Shown in pieces: positions 32,111 through 44,785 of a DNA stretch of 64,000 bases; the stretch's first letter is position 1, and each line of letters opens with the position of its first letter. This DNA is from an uncultured Gammaproteobacteria bacterium. GTDB taxonomy: Bacteria; Pseudomonadota; Gammaproteobacteria; DRLM01. Location of the stretch: assembly GCA_963729605.1 (NCBI GenBank), contig CAVSNY010000007.1, positions 1,152,001 to 1,216,000 of the forward strand, given 5' to 3'. Made by a program: the position numbers and the translations under genes. The notes beneath the pieces are model-generated. The model searched no databases. It was not told the DNA's origin and saw only the letters and a list, made by a program, of their open reading frames with translations.

Positions 32111-32173
32111 GTGTTGACCGCGCCGCTATCCTTTGCTTGTATAGGAGGCCCCCGGCAGGTGTGGAGACCTATC

Positions 32174-32704
32174 ATGCAAGAAGTTAAAGTCAGACAAGAA
32201 AAACAAGGCGATGCGGAAGCGATCGCCGTGGTCAACCGCAGTGCTTTCGGCGGCGATGAAGAGGCCCAGCTGGTGGCGGCCCTGAGGGGATCGAATAGTT
32301 TCATCCCGGAGCTTTCCCTGGTCGCGGTGGTGGGAGAGCGGATCGCCGGACATATTTTATTATTCCGCGCTCAATTGGAACGGCCGACGGGCCAAGTCGT
32401 CGATGTCTTGGCCTTGGCGCCGATGGCCGTGGTGCCGTCGCAATCCCACCGCGGGATAGGTTCCACCTTGATTCACGAGGCCGCCGCGGCGGCCCGCCAT
32501 TTGGGTTATCCGGCGATCGTGGTGATCGGGCATCCGGATTATTACGGCCGTTTCGATTTCAGCGAGGCCGCCGCGTGGGGGATAGGTTGTTCCTTGCCGG
32601 TGCCGGCGAAATCCATTACGGCCCGCGAATTGGTGCCGGGGTCCTTGGCGGGCGGCGGGCAGCTGCGTTATCCGGCCGAGTTTAGCCGGCTGTTTAAGCC
32701 TTGA
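32174..32704 (+). CDS. GNAT acetyltransferase, YhbS-like
   Basis: EAQLVAALR, LAPMAV...HRGIG and VIGHPDYYGRF; start placed at MQEV. Confidence 0.88.
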   Translation: MQEVKVRQEKQGDAEAIAVVNRSAFGGDEEAQLVAALRGSNSFIPELSLVAVVGERIAGHILLFRAQLERPTGQVVDVLALAPMAVVPSQSHRGIGSTLIHEAAAAARHLGYPAIVVIGHPDYYGRFDFSEAAAWGIGCSLPVPAKSITARELVPGSLAGGGQLRYPAEFSRLFKP

Positions 32705-32707
32705 GAT

Positions 32708-34351
32708 TTACAGGCCCGACCAGACCGAATCGAAATTTTTTCTGCGTGGCGGCTCGCTGGCCTCGGTGACGGGTTCTTCCAGTGATTCCGTAAGCGGGGC
32801 GAATTGAAAGCGGGTATAGGCCTGCGTGCCCTCCACGGCGCGCACCAGCCGATAACGGCGTTCACCTTGCTCGGTATTGACCGAGACGATATCGCCGGGC
32901 CGGTAGAGGAAGGCGGGGGTGAGCAGGGTTTCGCCGACTTCGTCCCGCGGCAGGGCCGGCAACAGCAGCGCTTTGAGGTAGTCGCGATCCACCTCGCGGG
33001 CGTCGGACAGGCGTACGGTTACCGGGGTCGCGGAAGGCACCAGCATTTGTACACCGAAATCCACGTTGCCGTCGCCATGGCACTTGAGCCAGCGAATCAC
33101 GGCGATACCCACCGTTTCAACACCGCCGTCGCTGTGGTAGACCGCGATCAATTCCCCCACCCGCGCCAGCGCGGCGTTGCCGGCATCCCAGCGTAAACAG
33201 GTTCCGTTAGCGCTTTCGTTGATGATCTGACAAGTGACCTTGGGGTTATTCCGCGCGGCTTGGAACGGACGGACATTGTTGATCAGGTGCGGATACACCG
33301 CTTCATGGCTGGCGCTGAGACCGAAGGTGATCGCCCTGGTGGTGGCCTGCTCGGAACGGGAGAAACCGCGTTTGGAGGTGTAGCCCCAGGATAACAACAA
33401 GCGTTTCAATAATTCGCGTGACAGGGCGATCTCTTTGAGATCGTGGTTGTTGCGGGCGCTGGCCAAAGAAATATCCTGGTTGGCCTGCGCCAGGAGCCCG
33501 CGCAAGCCGTGGCTGAGGGCGGTGGTGTCGAGTAAGCGGGTCGATGCATGCGCTTGCACCGAATTGTAGAGGAGATAGGTCGGCGGGGTGTCGCTGCTCA
33601 GGTCCACCACGAACATCCCCGGCGGCTCGTTGAAATCCGTGACGGAATACAGCTGGCACTGACCGGCCCACTTTTCCAGCAGGGTGTAGACGGTGCTCAT
33701 CTCATGCTGGGTGAGGCGATGCGGATCGGCCAGCGCCAGCAACAGGATTTGTTTGAACATGTCGCTGACCGAGGTGTGGTTGTCGCCTTGCTTGAAGGCA
33801 TCTTTCACCACGCCGAGATGCAATGACTTGCGTTCAGCCTCAAGGTAGAGAGTGTAAATTTCCTGCCAGCGTTGTCCGCCCACCTCTTCGTACAATTCAT
33901 ATGAAGTCAGCAAGGCCTGGCCGTGATAATACAGGGCGCGATGCAGCGCGCTGATCAAAGTGTCCAAGTCCTGCCGCAAGCCGTTTTGCGCGAGGATTTG
34001 CGTGGCGACGCGTTGATAGCCCTCGGCGATTTCGAGCTGAATTTCCCGCAGCAATTGCGCGATACGATGGGCCTTTTCCGGCAGGGGAAAAGCCACTCCG
34101 GTGTAGCGGCGGCGCAAGGCATCCCGCAGATAGTGTACCGGCGCGCGGAGCGGCTCCAGCGCTTTGAAGCGTTGAGTCGCCGAGGCGTCGGTGCTATTCA
34201 TTTGAGTGAGGGAGGCGAAGATCAATCGACATGTCTCGCCAAGATTGGCGAGGGGCAGGGCCGCTACCCACTCTTCAGCGGAATCGCTGCGGATATCCAG
34301 CGCGCGGTGTGCGCTGGAGTCGAAAGTTACGCCACTGGTCGTCGTTTGCAT
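32708..34351 (-). CDS. fimW: FimW-like protein (helical N-terminal region, C-terminal PilZ-like domain)
   Basis: WVAALPLAN, ILLLALADP, RGFSR and NESANG; same strand as and upstream of fimX. Confidence 0.72.
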   Translation of the reverse strand: MQTTTSGVTFDSSAHRALDIRSDSAEEWVAALPLANLGETCRLIFASLTQMNSTDASATQRFKALEPLRAPVHYLRDALRRRYTGVAFPLPEKAHRIAQLLREIQLEIAEGYQRVATQILAQNGLRQDLDTLISALHRALYYHGQALLTSYELYEEVGGQRWQEIYTLYLEAERKSLHLGVVKDAFKQGDNHTSVSDMFKQILLLALADPHRLTQHEMSTVYTLLEKWAGQCQLYSVTDFNEPPGMFVVDLSSDTPPTYLLYNSVQAHASTRLLDTTALSHGLRGLLAQANQDISLASARNNHDLKEIALSRELLKRLLLSWGYTSKRGFSRSEQATTRAITFGLSASHEAVYPHLINNVRPFQAARNNPKVTCQIINESANGTCLRWDAGNAALARVGELIAVYHSDGGVETVGIAVIRWLKCHGDGNVDFGVQMLVPSATPVTVRLSDAREVDRDYLKALLLPALPRDEVGETLLTPAFLYRPGDIVSVNTEQGERRYRLVRAVEGTQAYTRFQFAPLTESLEEPVTEASEPPRRKNFDSVWSGL

Positions 34352-34471
34352 CGCGGGTACCCCTTGACTGCGCGGCTGGTCTTGCCGTGTACCTCGGCGC
34401 ACTTCTTAGCCGGATAGAGCGTATGCGCCACAGTTATATTATTTATTGTATTGGTTCAGAGGGGGGCCATT

Positions 34472-35479
34472 TTACACGATTGCCCGTTTGCTGGCTTCAC
34501 CTTCGATTTCCCGCACCAGGCGCGGGACCAGATAACCGGGCAGCCGATCGCGCAGGAGGGTCAACAGTCGCCGTGCTTCCACCTCGGGTACGTCGAAATG
34601 GGCGGCGCCTTGCACCTTGTCCAGGAGGTGGAGGTAATAGGGTAAAACACCAGCCTCGTATAGCGTTTCGCTGAGGTCGGTCAGGGTTTCCGCGCTATCG
34701 TTGACGCCGCGCAGCAATACCGATTGGTTGAGGAGCGTGACATCGCAGTTTTTTAGGTCGCGCAAGGCCTTAGCGGTTTCCGCGTCGATCTCGCGGGCAT
34801 GGTTGGCATGCACTACCAGCACTTTTTGCAGGGGGGAGTCGGTCAACCAGCCGGTCAATTCCTGATTGACCCGGCTGGGCAGCACGATGGGCAAACGGGT
34901 ATGGATGCGCAACCGCCGCACGTGGGGAATAGCGGCCAGTTGTTCGGCCAAGGCCGCGAGCCGGGCGTCACTGAGTGACAGCGGATCCCCCCCGCTCAAG
35001 ATGATTTCCTTGAGGCTGGGGTCGCCGGCGATATGGTCGAGGGCCGTTTGCCACTGCCCGGCGGCGGGGTTGGCCCCGCCGTAGGGAAAATGCCGGCGGA
35101 AACAATAGCGGCAATGCACGGCGCAGGCGCCGGTGGTGATGAGCAGGGCGCGGCCGCGGTATTTGTGCAGCAGGCCGGGCTGGGGCATGGCCTGCAAATC
35201 GCCCACCGGATCGGTGATGAAACCGGGCGACGGCGCGTCTTCCGCGGCGAGCGGCAATACCTGGCGCAGCAAGGGATCGTCGGGATCGCCTTTGCGCATG
35301 CGGGCGACGTAACCGCGCGGCACCCGCAGGGGAAAATCGCGGCCGGCGCGCAGCGCGGGCGCGAGCAGGTCGGGGGACAAGTCGAGCATCTGCAAGAGTT
35401 CGGCGGGATCGCGCACCGCCTCCGCCAAGTCTTGTTGCCAGCGCGGGCGCTGCCAAGTTAAAGGATTTCGCTGTAACAT
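34472..35479 (-). CDS. epmB: EF-P beta-lysylation radical SAM lysine 2,3-aminomutase
   Basis: CAVHCRYCFRR, ILSGGDPL and NQSVLLRGVND; divergent from efp. Confidence 0.96.
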   Translation of the reverse strand: MLQRNPLTWQRPRWQQDLAEAVRDPAELLQMLDLSPDLLAPALRAGRDFPLRVPRGYVARMRKGDPDDPLLRQVLPLAAEDAPSPGFITDPVGDLQAMPQPGLLHKYRGRALLITTGACAVHCRYCFRRHFPYGGANPAAGQWQTALDHIAGDPSLKEIILSGGDPLSLSDARLAALAEQLAAIPHVRRLRIHTRLPIVLPSRVNQELTGWLTDSPLQKVLVVHANHAREIDAETAKALRDLKNCDVTLLNQSVLLRGVNDSAETLTDLSETLYEAGVLPYYLHLLDKVQGAAHFDVPEVEARRLLTLLRDRLPGYLVPRLVREIEGEASKRAIV

Positions 35480-35583
35480 AGGCGCCTTTGTACGGATGGG
35501 GTGGCGTTTTTTAGCCGCCCGGCAGACCCGCTGCCGGAACTCGCGGGCCGGTATCGTGGGCAGGCATTATAAACGAGGACAGT

Positions 35584-36153
35584 ATGGCAACGTTCAGTAC
35601 CAGTGAATTTCGCGGCGGTTTAAAAGTGATGCTGGATGGCGATCCCTGCGCCATCATCGAAAACGAATTCGTCAAGCCGGGCAAGGGCCAGGCCTTCAGC
35701 CGGGTGAAGCTGCGTAATCTGAAGACGGGCCGGGTGCTGGAACGCACCTTCAAATCCGGCGAAACCTTGGAAGGCGCCGACGTGGTCGATACCGACATGC
35801 AGTACCTCTACAACGACGGCGAGTTCTTTCATTTCATGGTGCCGGACACCTTCGAACAATTCGCCGCCATGCCGGCCGTGATGGGCGATGCGGCGAAATG
35901 GCTCAAAGGCCAGGAGATGTGCATCGTGACCTTGTACAATGGCCAGCCTTTGGCCGTGGCCGCGCCCAATTTCGTCGAGTTGGCGGTGGCCGAGACCGAC
36001 CCCGGTCTGCGCGGTGATACCTCGGGCGGCGGCGGCAAACCCGCCACCTTGGAAACCGGCGCGGTGGTGCGCGTGCCCTTGTTCATCAACGTGGGCGAGG
36101 TCCTCAAGATAGATACGCGTAACGGTGAATACGTGTCGCGCGCCAAGTCGTGA
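35584..36153 (+). CDS. efp: Elongation factor P
   Basis: KPGKG loop and KPATLETG. Confidence 0.98.
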   Translation: MATFSTSEFRGGLKVMLDGDPCAIIENEFVKPGKGQAFSRVKLRNLKTGRVLERTFKSGETLEGADVVDTDMQYLYNDGEFFHFMVPDTFEQFAAMPAVMGDAAKWLKGQEMCIVTLYNGQPLAVAAPNFVELAVAETDPGLRGDTSGGGGKPATLETGAVVRVPLFINVGEVLKIDTRNGEYVSRAKS

Positions 36154-36224
36154 GGACTGCCGGTGGCGGGACGCAAGGCTAGGCTGATCGGCCCGTCCCC
36201 GGTGCGGCACACCCCTCCCCGGCC

Positions 36225-37196
36225 ATGACCGCCTGGCGGCCCAGCGCCGAGATGGCGGCCTTGCGCCAACGGGCGCAATTGCTGGCGGAGCTGCGCGGCT
36301 TTTTCGCCGCGCGGGGTGTGCTGGAAGTGGAGACGCCGGTGTTGTGCGGCGCCGGCGCCACCGATCCGCATCTGCTGAGTTTTTCCACGGAATATCTCGG
36401 GCCGGGCGCGCCGTCGGGCCACACCTTGTATCTGCAAACCTCCCCTGAATTCGCCATGAAGCGGCTGCTCGCCGCGGGCAGCGGACCGATCTATCAAATC
36501 GGCAAATCCTTCCGCAACGGCGAGACGGGCCGCCGCCACAATCCCGAATTCACCATGCTGGAATGGTACCGGCCGGGCTTGGACTATCACGCGCTGATGG
36601 ACGAAGTCGAGGCGCTGATCCGGCAGGTGTTGGCCACGCCGGCGGCGGCGCGGGTGAGTTACGGCGAGTTGTTTTTACGGCATCTGGGCGTGGATCCGCA
36701 CGGCGCCGATTTGGCGGCGTTGCGCGATGCGGCCGCCGCGCGCGGCATCGCGGCGCCCGTTGGACTGGGTAACGACCGCGACGGCTGGCTGGACTTTTTG
36801 TGGTGCCATAGTATCGAGCCCCGGCTGGGCAGTGATGGCCGGCCGCTGTTCGTGGTCGATTATCCGGCTTCGCTGGCCATGCTGGCCCGTTTGCGACCCG
36901 GCCCGCCCGCGGTGGCGGAGCGCTTCGAGCTTTATCTGCACGGCATCGAACTGGCCAACGGATTTCACGAGTTGGCGGACGGTGTTGAGCAACGCCGCCG
37001 TTTCGAACGAGACAACGCCCAGCGCCGTGCCGCGGGTTTGCCGCCCATGCCGTTCGACGAACATTTGCTCGCCGCGTTGGAACAGGGTCTGCCCGATTGC
37101 AGCGGGGTGGCCTTGGGCGTGGATCGCCTGCTGATGCTGCGCGCCGGCATCATGAATATCGGGGGCGTGTTGGCCTTTCCGTTCGATCGTTGTTGA
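36225..37196 (+). CDS. epmA: EF-P lysine aminoacylase
   Basis: LQTSPEFAMKRLL, HNPEFTMLEWY and ELANGF motifs. Confidence 0.96.
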   Translation: MTAWRPSAEMAALRQRAQLLAELRGFFAARGVLEVETPVLCGAGATDPHLLSFSTEYLGPGAPSGHTLYLQTSPEFAMKRLLAAGSGPIYQIGKSFRNGETGRRHNPEFTMLEWYRPGLDYHALMDEVEALIRQVLATPAAARVSYGELFLRHLGVDPHGADLAALRDAAAARGIAAPVGLGNDRDGWLDFLWCHSIEPRLGSDGRPLFVVDYPASLAMLARLRPGPPAVAERFELYLHGIELANGFHELADGVEQRRRFERDNAQRRAAGLPPMPFDEHLLAALEQGLPDCSGVALGVDRLLMLRAGIMNIGGVLAFPFDRC

Positions 37197-37231
37197 AACT
37201 CTATCCTATATGGATGTTTTATTACTAAATT

Positions 37232-37338
37232 ATGTCGGTTGTTTTTACGGATGGAACCCGGTAGAACGAGGCGAGCCGCGGAGATGTGATTAACATCTTG
37301 TGTTCGACAAGGATTTTCCTTGCGGCATAGGGCTTGCT
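37232..37338 (+). promoter_or_regulatory. Sigma54 promoter with a possible upstream enhancer site, before the PilZ gene
   Basis: CGGCATAGGGCTTGCT (GG-N10-GC at 37324-37337); TGT-N11-ACG at 37232-37248. Confidence 0.6.
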
Positions 37339-37484
37339 ACATTATGGATGGGGGTCATGACGCGCATCTATGCGGGCCACAAAAATAATCACGCCCGCGC
37401 GCCGTTGTGAGTGAGCTATTGTTCTCAACGGGGATTATCTATATTGTCATGTCAAGCACATTAGAGACAGAACGGGGAAGTGCT

Positions 37485-37814
37485 ATGGAGCGTCGATGGA
37501 CAACGCGCACGCGGGTCAATTTGCCTGTTGAATTATTACAGGCGGGCACACACACGGAAGGGTGCCGGACTCGTGACGTGGGTTTGGGGGGGGTATATCT
37601 TGAAGTGCCGCCCACTGTGAAACTCTTCGCGGAGTCTCACGTGGAACTTATCTTTAAGATGGGTGAGGGGGGCGAGCTGACCAAACACCGCGTCAAGGCG
37701 CGGGTGGTACGAGTGGGGGATTCGGGTGCGGGCATGATGTTTCGCGACTTCGACGCCTCTACCTTCAGGTCGCTACAAGAAATATTGCGGTTCCGCGAAG
37801 AAGCGGCGTCTTAG
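37485..37814 (+). CDS. Stand-alone PilZ domain protein
   Basis: ERRWTTR (RxxxR), DVGLGG and ARVVR...GAGMMF; start placed at MERR. Confidence 0.85.
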   Translation: MERRWTTRTRVNLPVELLQAGTHTEGCRTRDVGLGGVYLEVPPTVKLFAESHVELIFKMGEGGELTKHRVKARVVRVGDSGAGMMFRDFDASTFRSLQEILRFREEAAS

Positions 37815-37839
37815 CCCAAGCTTAGAAGTATCACGGCAT

Positions 37840-37869
37840 GCCGGTTCGTTAGCCGCGAACCGGCTTTTT
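37840..37869 (+). terminator. Intrinsic terminator
   Basis: GCCGGTTCG-ttagccg-CGAACCGGC followed by TTTTT. Confidence 0.85.
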
Positions 37870-38054
37870 GCCGTTGGCCTGCCATAGTGTGTAACAGTCG
37901 GCGCCGCAGAAATAATGTACGTATTCCGCCCCCTCATGGCTCTTGGCCACCGAGCGGGGTATCTGTTTCAAGCAGACTTCGCACTGTAATATGGGGTCTT
38001 CGTGTTTGTCCGGACGTTTGGTCATAGAGTCTCCCGCCGACTAAACCCGCTTAG

Positions 38055-38201
38055 GGAACCTCCGAAAAACCCAGGGGGGATTTTTCAGAGATGAAAAAAA
38101 CGAAAAATGTGATTTTCGTTTTCGCCCTTTTCCTATCGCTTTCATGACGGGGAAAGGGCGGTGCGTCCCCGCACGCACGAACCTCTAAAATCAGAGGTTC
38201 C
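38055..38201. mobile_element. 147-bp MITE with IS5-type ends
   Basis: Terminal IRs GGAACCTC(C/T)GA, flanked by TTAG direct repeats (38051-38054 and 38202-38205); no transposase ORF. Confidence 0.82.
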
Positions 38202-38242
38202 TTAGATTTAGCATAGCAGCTTAATCACCACTGGGCGGCGCG

Positions 38243-39160
38243 CTACGGGTCTGCGATGAGGGAGGCGAAATGTTGTCCCATCTGCACCGGCGCGCCGGGC
38301 TGGATGGTGGATGCCAGTTCGGCGCAGCCCGCGGGAAACAGCAAAATGACCGTTGAACCCATATTGAAGCGGCCGATCTCCTCACCCCGCGCAAAGCGGA
38401 GCGGCGCGGCCCGTTTGCTGTAGTCCCAGCGGCGCGGGCCGCCGCGGTGATCGACGCTCACCAATCCCGACCACACCGTTTCCATACCCGCGACGAACAT
38501 CGCCCCCACCATGATGAGCGCCATGGGGCCGCAAGCGGTATCGAAGATCATCACCAGCCGTTCGTTGCGCGCGAACAGGCCGGGAATGGTTTCCGTGGTG
38601 CGCGGGCTGACACTGAACAATTGGCCGGGTACGTACATCATCTCCCGCAACTGCCCGGCGAGGGGCATGTGGACGCGGTGATAATCTTTTGGCGACAAAT
38701 ACAGGGTGGCGAAGACGCCGTCCTCGAACGAGGCCGCGTGCTCGATGCCGCCCAGCAAGGTTTGCAAAGTGTAGTCGTGGCCCTTGGCCTGATAGAGGCG
38801 GTCTTTGGCGATGGCGCCGGCCTGGCTCACGGCGCCGTCCACCGGGCAAATGATGGCGTCCGGATCGGCGGGCAAAGGCCGCGCCTCCGGGCGCAGGGCG
38901 CGGGTAAAAAAGGTGTTGAAGTCGGGATAGGCCTCGAGATCGGGCTGTGCCGCGATGCTCATGTCCACCCCATAGCGGCGGATGAACCAGTTGATCTGCC
39001 AGCGTTTGAACCACGGCGCGCGCACCCGGGTGGCCCGGTACATCAGGCGGGTGAGCCGTCCGTGGGGGGCGAGGTACTGATCCAGCGCCGCAAGGCGATT
39101 GTCCCGCTGCCGAGGCGAGGGGCTGCCGCCGGTCGGCGGCGATATGGGTGGTTTATTCAT
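38243..39160 (-). CDS. psd: Phosphatidylserine decarboxylase proenzyme
   Basis: FFTRAL, PVDG, YLSPKDYHRVH, ARNER and GRFNMGSTV self-cleavage motif. Confidence 0.96.
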   Translation of the reverse strand: MNKPPISPPTGGSPSPRQRDNRLAALDQYLAPHGRLTRLMYRATRVRAPWFKRWQINWFIRRYGVDMSIAAQPDLEAYPDFNTFFTRALRPEARPLPADPDAIICPVDGAVSQAGAIAKDRLYQAKGHDYTLQTLLGGIEHAASFEDGVFATLYLSPKDYHRVHMPLAGQLREMMYVPGQLFSVSPRTTETIPGLFARNERLVMIFDTACGPMALIMVGAMFVAGMETVWSGLVSVDHRGGPRRWDYSKRAAPLRFARGEEIGRFNMGSTVILLFPAGCAELASTIQPGAPVQMGQHFASLIADP

Positions 39161-39330
39161 GCGTCACTGCGTAATAGCTATCGAGGAAGCAGGCGGGTGT
39201 TGGGATCATCGCCGGCGCAAAGCGCGTCATATTAACGCAGAACCGGGGTGGTGGACACCCACTCGTCTCAAGTCTGGCGGTGAGTTGGTAGTATGATTTC
39301 TGGCGGTCAGCCGGTTGACGCAACACATGC

Positions 39331-39395
39331 CGTCACGCCGGCGAACGCCGGAGTCCGGGAAGCCTCCTGGATATCGGTTTGTGTCGGTATGGCGA
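39331..39395. repeat. Degenerate REP-like inverted doublet
   Basis: CGTCACGCCGGCGAACGCCGGAGTCC paired with a decayed inverted copy ending GGTATGGCG. Confidence 0.55.
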
Positions 39396-39446
39396 CCTAT
39401 AAAGTCCATTCAAGGGACTTTTGCATCGGCTGCTTCGGAGGCGGAT

Positions 39447-39938
39447 ATGGAATTGCAAATGCTGGCGGAAAAACTGGGCGAGGTGTTGACGCGGCGTGGC
39501 CTGCAACTCGTCGTGGCGGAGTCCTGCACCGGCGGCTGGGTGGCGCAGGTGATGACCAGTGTCGCGGGTAGCTCGCGGTGGTTCGAGCGCGGCTACGTCA
39601 CCTACAGTAACGCCGCCAAAATGGAGATGCTGGGGGTGCAAGCCTCAACCCTCGGCAAACACGGCGCGGTGAGCGAGGCGACGGTGCGGGAGATGGCCGA
39701 GGGGGCCCTCACTCACAGTCACGCCCAAGTGGCGGTGGCCATCACCGGTATCGCCGGACCCGGCGGTGGCAGTTTGGAGAAACCCGTGGGCAGTGTGTGG
39801 TTGGCCTGGAGTAGACAGGATCGGCCGACCCGGACTCGGCTGGCCCATTTCGTGGGTAATCGCGACGCCGTCCGCCGCCAGGCGGTGGAGACGGCGCTGC
39901 AGGGGGTGATGGATTTATTGAGCGATGATGGAGACTGA
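39447..39938 (+). CDS. pncC: CinA C-terminal/NMN amidohydrolase
   Basis: AESCTGG, TYSNAAK, HGAVS and ITGIAGPGG; upstream of recA. Confidence 0.93.
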   Translation: MELQMLAEKLGEVLTRRGLQLVVAESCTGGWVAQVMTSVAGSSRWFERGYVTYSNAAKMEMLGVQASTLGKHGAVSEATVREMAEGALTHSHAQVAVAITGIAGPGGGSLEKPVGSVWLAWSRQDRPTRTRLAHFVGNRDAVRRQAVETALQGVMDLLSDDGD

Positions 39939-40494
39939 GCACCGCCGTTTCTTTTTCGCCCTCTGGCCGGATGAGGCGCAGCGGGCCGTTTTGACGGCCT
40001 TGACGGAGCCGCTGCCGGCGGGACTGGGCCGGCGCGTCGCGCCCGCCAACCTACACATCACCCTGGTGTTTCTCGGCGCCGTGACCAGCGCGGTGCGGGG
40101 GGATTTGGAGGCCGCGGCGGCGCGGATCGCCGCGCCGTCTTTTGTGTTGACGCTGGACCACTACGGTTATTGGCGCAAGCCGCAGGTGCTGTGGGCGGGC
40201 GGCCGAGTCGCGCCGCCGGAATTGCTCGGGCTGATCGAACAATTGCAGCGGGTCGCCTCGGCCTGCGGCTTGAGCGTGGACGGTCGTTCCTATCGGCCTC
40301 ACCTCACCCTGTGCCGCAAGGTGCGGCATCCTCCCCGGCGCCTGCCCGAGTTCGCCCCCGTCACGTGGCCGGTGGCGGGTTTCAGTTTGGTGGAATCGCA
40401 CTCCACGTCCGACGGCGTTCGCTATGAACCGCGACGCGCGTGGCCGCTGCGGGCGGCGGCGGACAGTACATCGGGAGCGCGTTCTGTGGAATAA
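39925..40494 (+). CDS. thpR: RNA 2',3'-cyclic phosphodiesterase (2H family)
   Basis: RFFFALWP and two HxT motifs (LHITL, PHLTL). Confidence 0.93.
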   Translation: MMETEHRRFFFALWPDEAQRAVLTALTEPLPAGLGRRVAPANLHITLVFLGAVTSAVRGDLEAAAARIAAPSFVLTLDHYGYWRKPQVLWAGGRVAPPELLGLIEQLQRVASACGLSVDGRSYRPHLTLCRKVRHPPRRLPEFAPVTWPVAGFSLVESHSTSDGVRYEPRRAWPLRAAADSTSGARSVE

Positions 40495-40555
40495 TTGCCC
40501 CCTTATGACGCCCGGGCGGCTGAGTTGAAATCAATCACAGAATAGGGGATAGGCG

Positions 40556-41599
40556 ATGGATGCGAACAAATCAAAGGCGTTGAGCGCGGCGCTCAGCCAG
40601 ATCGAGCGTCAATTCGGCAAGGGATCGGTGATGCGCATGGGCGACGCCGGCGCGGTGAAAGACGTCGAGGCCATTTCCACCGGTTCGCTGTCATTGGACA
40701 TTGCCTTGGGGATAGGCGGCCTGCCGCGCGGCCGGGTGGTCGAGATTTACGGACCGGAATCCTCCGGTAAAACCACGCTGACCTTGCAGGTGATCGCCGA
40801 GGTGCAAAAACTGGGCGGCACCGCCGCCTTCGTCGACGCCGAACACGCCCTCGATCCCAACTACGCGCGCAAGCTCGGCGTCAACGTCGATGACTTATTG
40901 GTCTCCCAGCCCGACACCGGCGAGCAGGCCCTGGAGATCACCGACATGCTGGTGCGTTCCGGCGCGGTGGATGTGGTGGTGGTCGACTCGGTGGCGGCGC
41001 TGACCCCGAAAGCGGAGATCGACGGCGAGATGGGCGATTCCCATGTCGGCTTGCAGGCGCGGCTGATGTCGCAGGCGCTGCGCAAACTCACCGCCAATAT
41101 CAAACGCTCCAATACTCTGGTGATCTTCATCAACCAGATCCGCATGAAGATCGGCGTGATGTTCGGTAGCCCGGAGACCACCACCGGCGGCAACGCGCTG
41201 AAGTTTTACGCCTCGGTACGGCTCGATATCCGCCGCATCGGCGCCATCAAAAAGGGCGACGAGGTGGTCGGCAACGAGACTCGCGTCAAAGTGGTGAAGA
41301 ACAAAGTCGCGCCGCCTTTCAAACAGGCGGAATTCGAAATCCTCTACGGCGAGGGCATCTCGCGCGAAGGCGAGATCATCGATCTGGGTTCGCAGGCCGG
41401 CATCATCGACAAGTCCGGCGCCTGGTATTCCTACAACGGCACGCGCATCGGCCAAGGTAAGGATAATGTCCGCGCCTATCTGAAGGAACATCCGGCGGTG
41501 GCCCGCGAGATCGAAGCGCAGATCCGCGCCAAATCCTTAGCGGTGATCACCACCACCGAGGACAGGACCGAGGAGGCCGCCGAGGTTGAGCTTGGCTGA
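40556..41599 (+). CDS. recA: Recombinase A
   Basis: [15 protein letters not shown] and [17 protein letters not shown]. Confidence 0.99.
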   Translation: MDANKSKALSAALSQIERQFGKGSVMRMGDAGAVKDVEAISTGSLSLDIALGIGGLPRGRVVEIYGPESSGKTTLTLQVIAEVQKLGGTAAFVDAEHALDPNYARKLGVNVDDLLVSQPDTGEQALEITDMLVRSGAVDVVVVDSVAALTPKAEIDGEMGDSHVGLQARLMSQALRKLTANIKRSNTLVIFINQIRMKIGVMFGSPETTTGGNALKFYASVRLDIRRIGAIKKGDEVVGNETRVKVVKNKVAPPFKQAEFEILYGEGISREGEIIDLGSQAGIIDKSGAWYSYNGTRIGQGKDNVRAYLKEHPAVAREIEAQIRAKSLAVITTTEDRTEEAAEVELG

Positions 41600-42059
41600 A
41601 GCCGGTACGGACGCCGATGCGAAAGTGGTGCGGACGGCGGCGCTGAATTTACTGGCCCGCCGCGAGCACAGCCGCCGGGAATTGGCGCACAAGCTCGAAG
41701 TGAAGGGCCATGCCGCGGTTTTGGTGGATAAGGTGTTGTCTTCCCTCGAAGAGGCCGGTTACCTTAGCGATACGCGTTTCGCCGAGGCTTATGTGCGCGT
41801 GCGCAGTGAGCGCGGTTACGGACCCCTGCGTATCCGCGCCGAGTTGCGCGAGCGCGGCGTGGCTGACGCGACCATCGCCGCCAGTCTCGCGCCCTACCAG
41901 GAGGCATGGCTGACGGCGTTGGCGCGTGTCCAGGCCAAACGGTTTGGACGGGCCGGCGATTTCACCGAGCGGGCGCGGCAGACGCGCTTTTTTCAGGCGC
42001 GCGGCTACACCCTGGAACAGATCAATGCGGTACTGGCCGGCGGCAAGGCACGGGCGTGA
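41586..42059 (+). CDS. recX: RecA regulator RecX
   Basis: [15 protein letters not shown] and GYGPLRI; overlaps the recA end. Confidence 0.93.
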   Translation: MSLAEAGTDADAKVVRTAALNLLARREHSRRELAHKLEVKGHAAVLVDKVLSSLEEAGYLSDTRFAEAYVRVRSERGYGPLRIRAELRERGVADATIAASLAPYQEAWLTALARVQAKRFGRAGDFTERARQTRFFQARGYTLEQINAVLAGGKARA

Positions 42060-44728
<2,669 letters not shown>

Positions 44729-44785
44729 ACGATTTGTCAGGTATTGTTTTTTAAATTAACGGGCGGCGGGTAACCGAAATTCAAG

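Noticed and set aside
40495-40555. LexA box upstream of recA
   Set aside because: No CTGT-N8-ACAG match was found.
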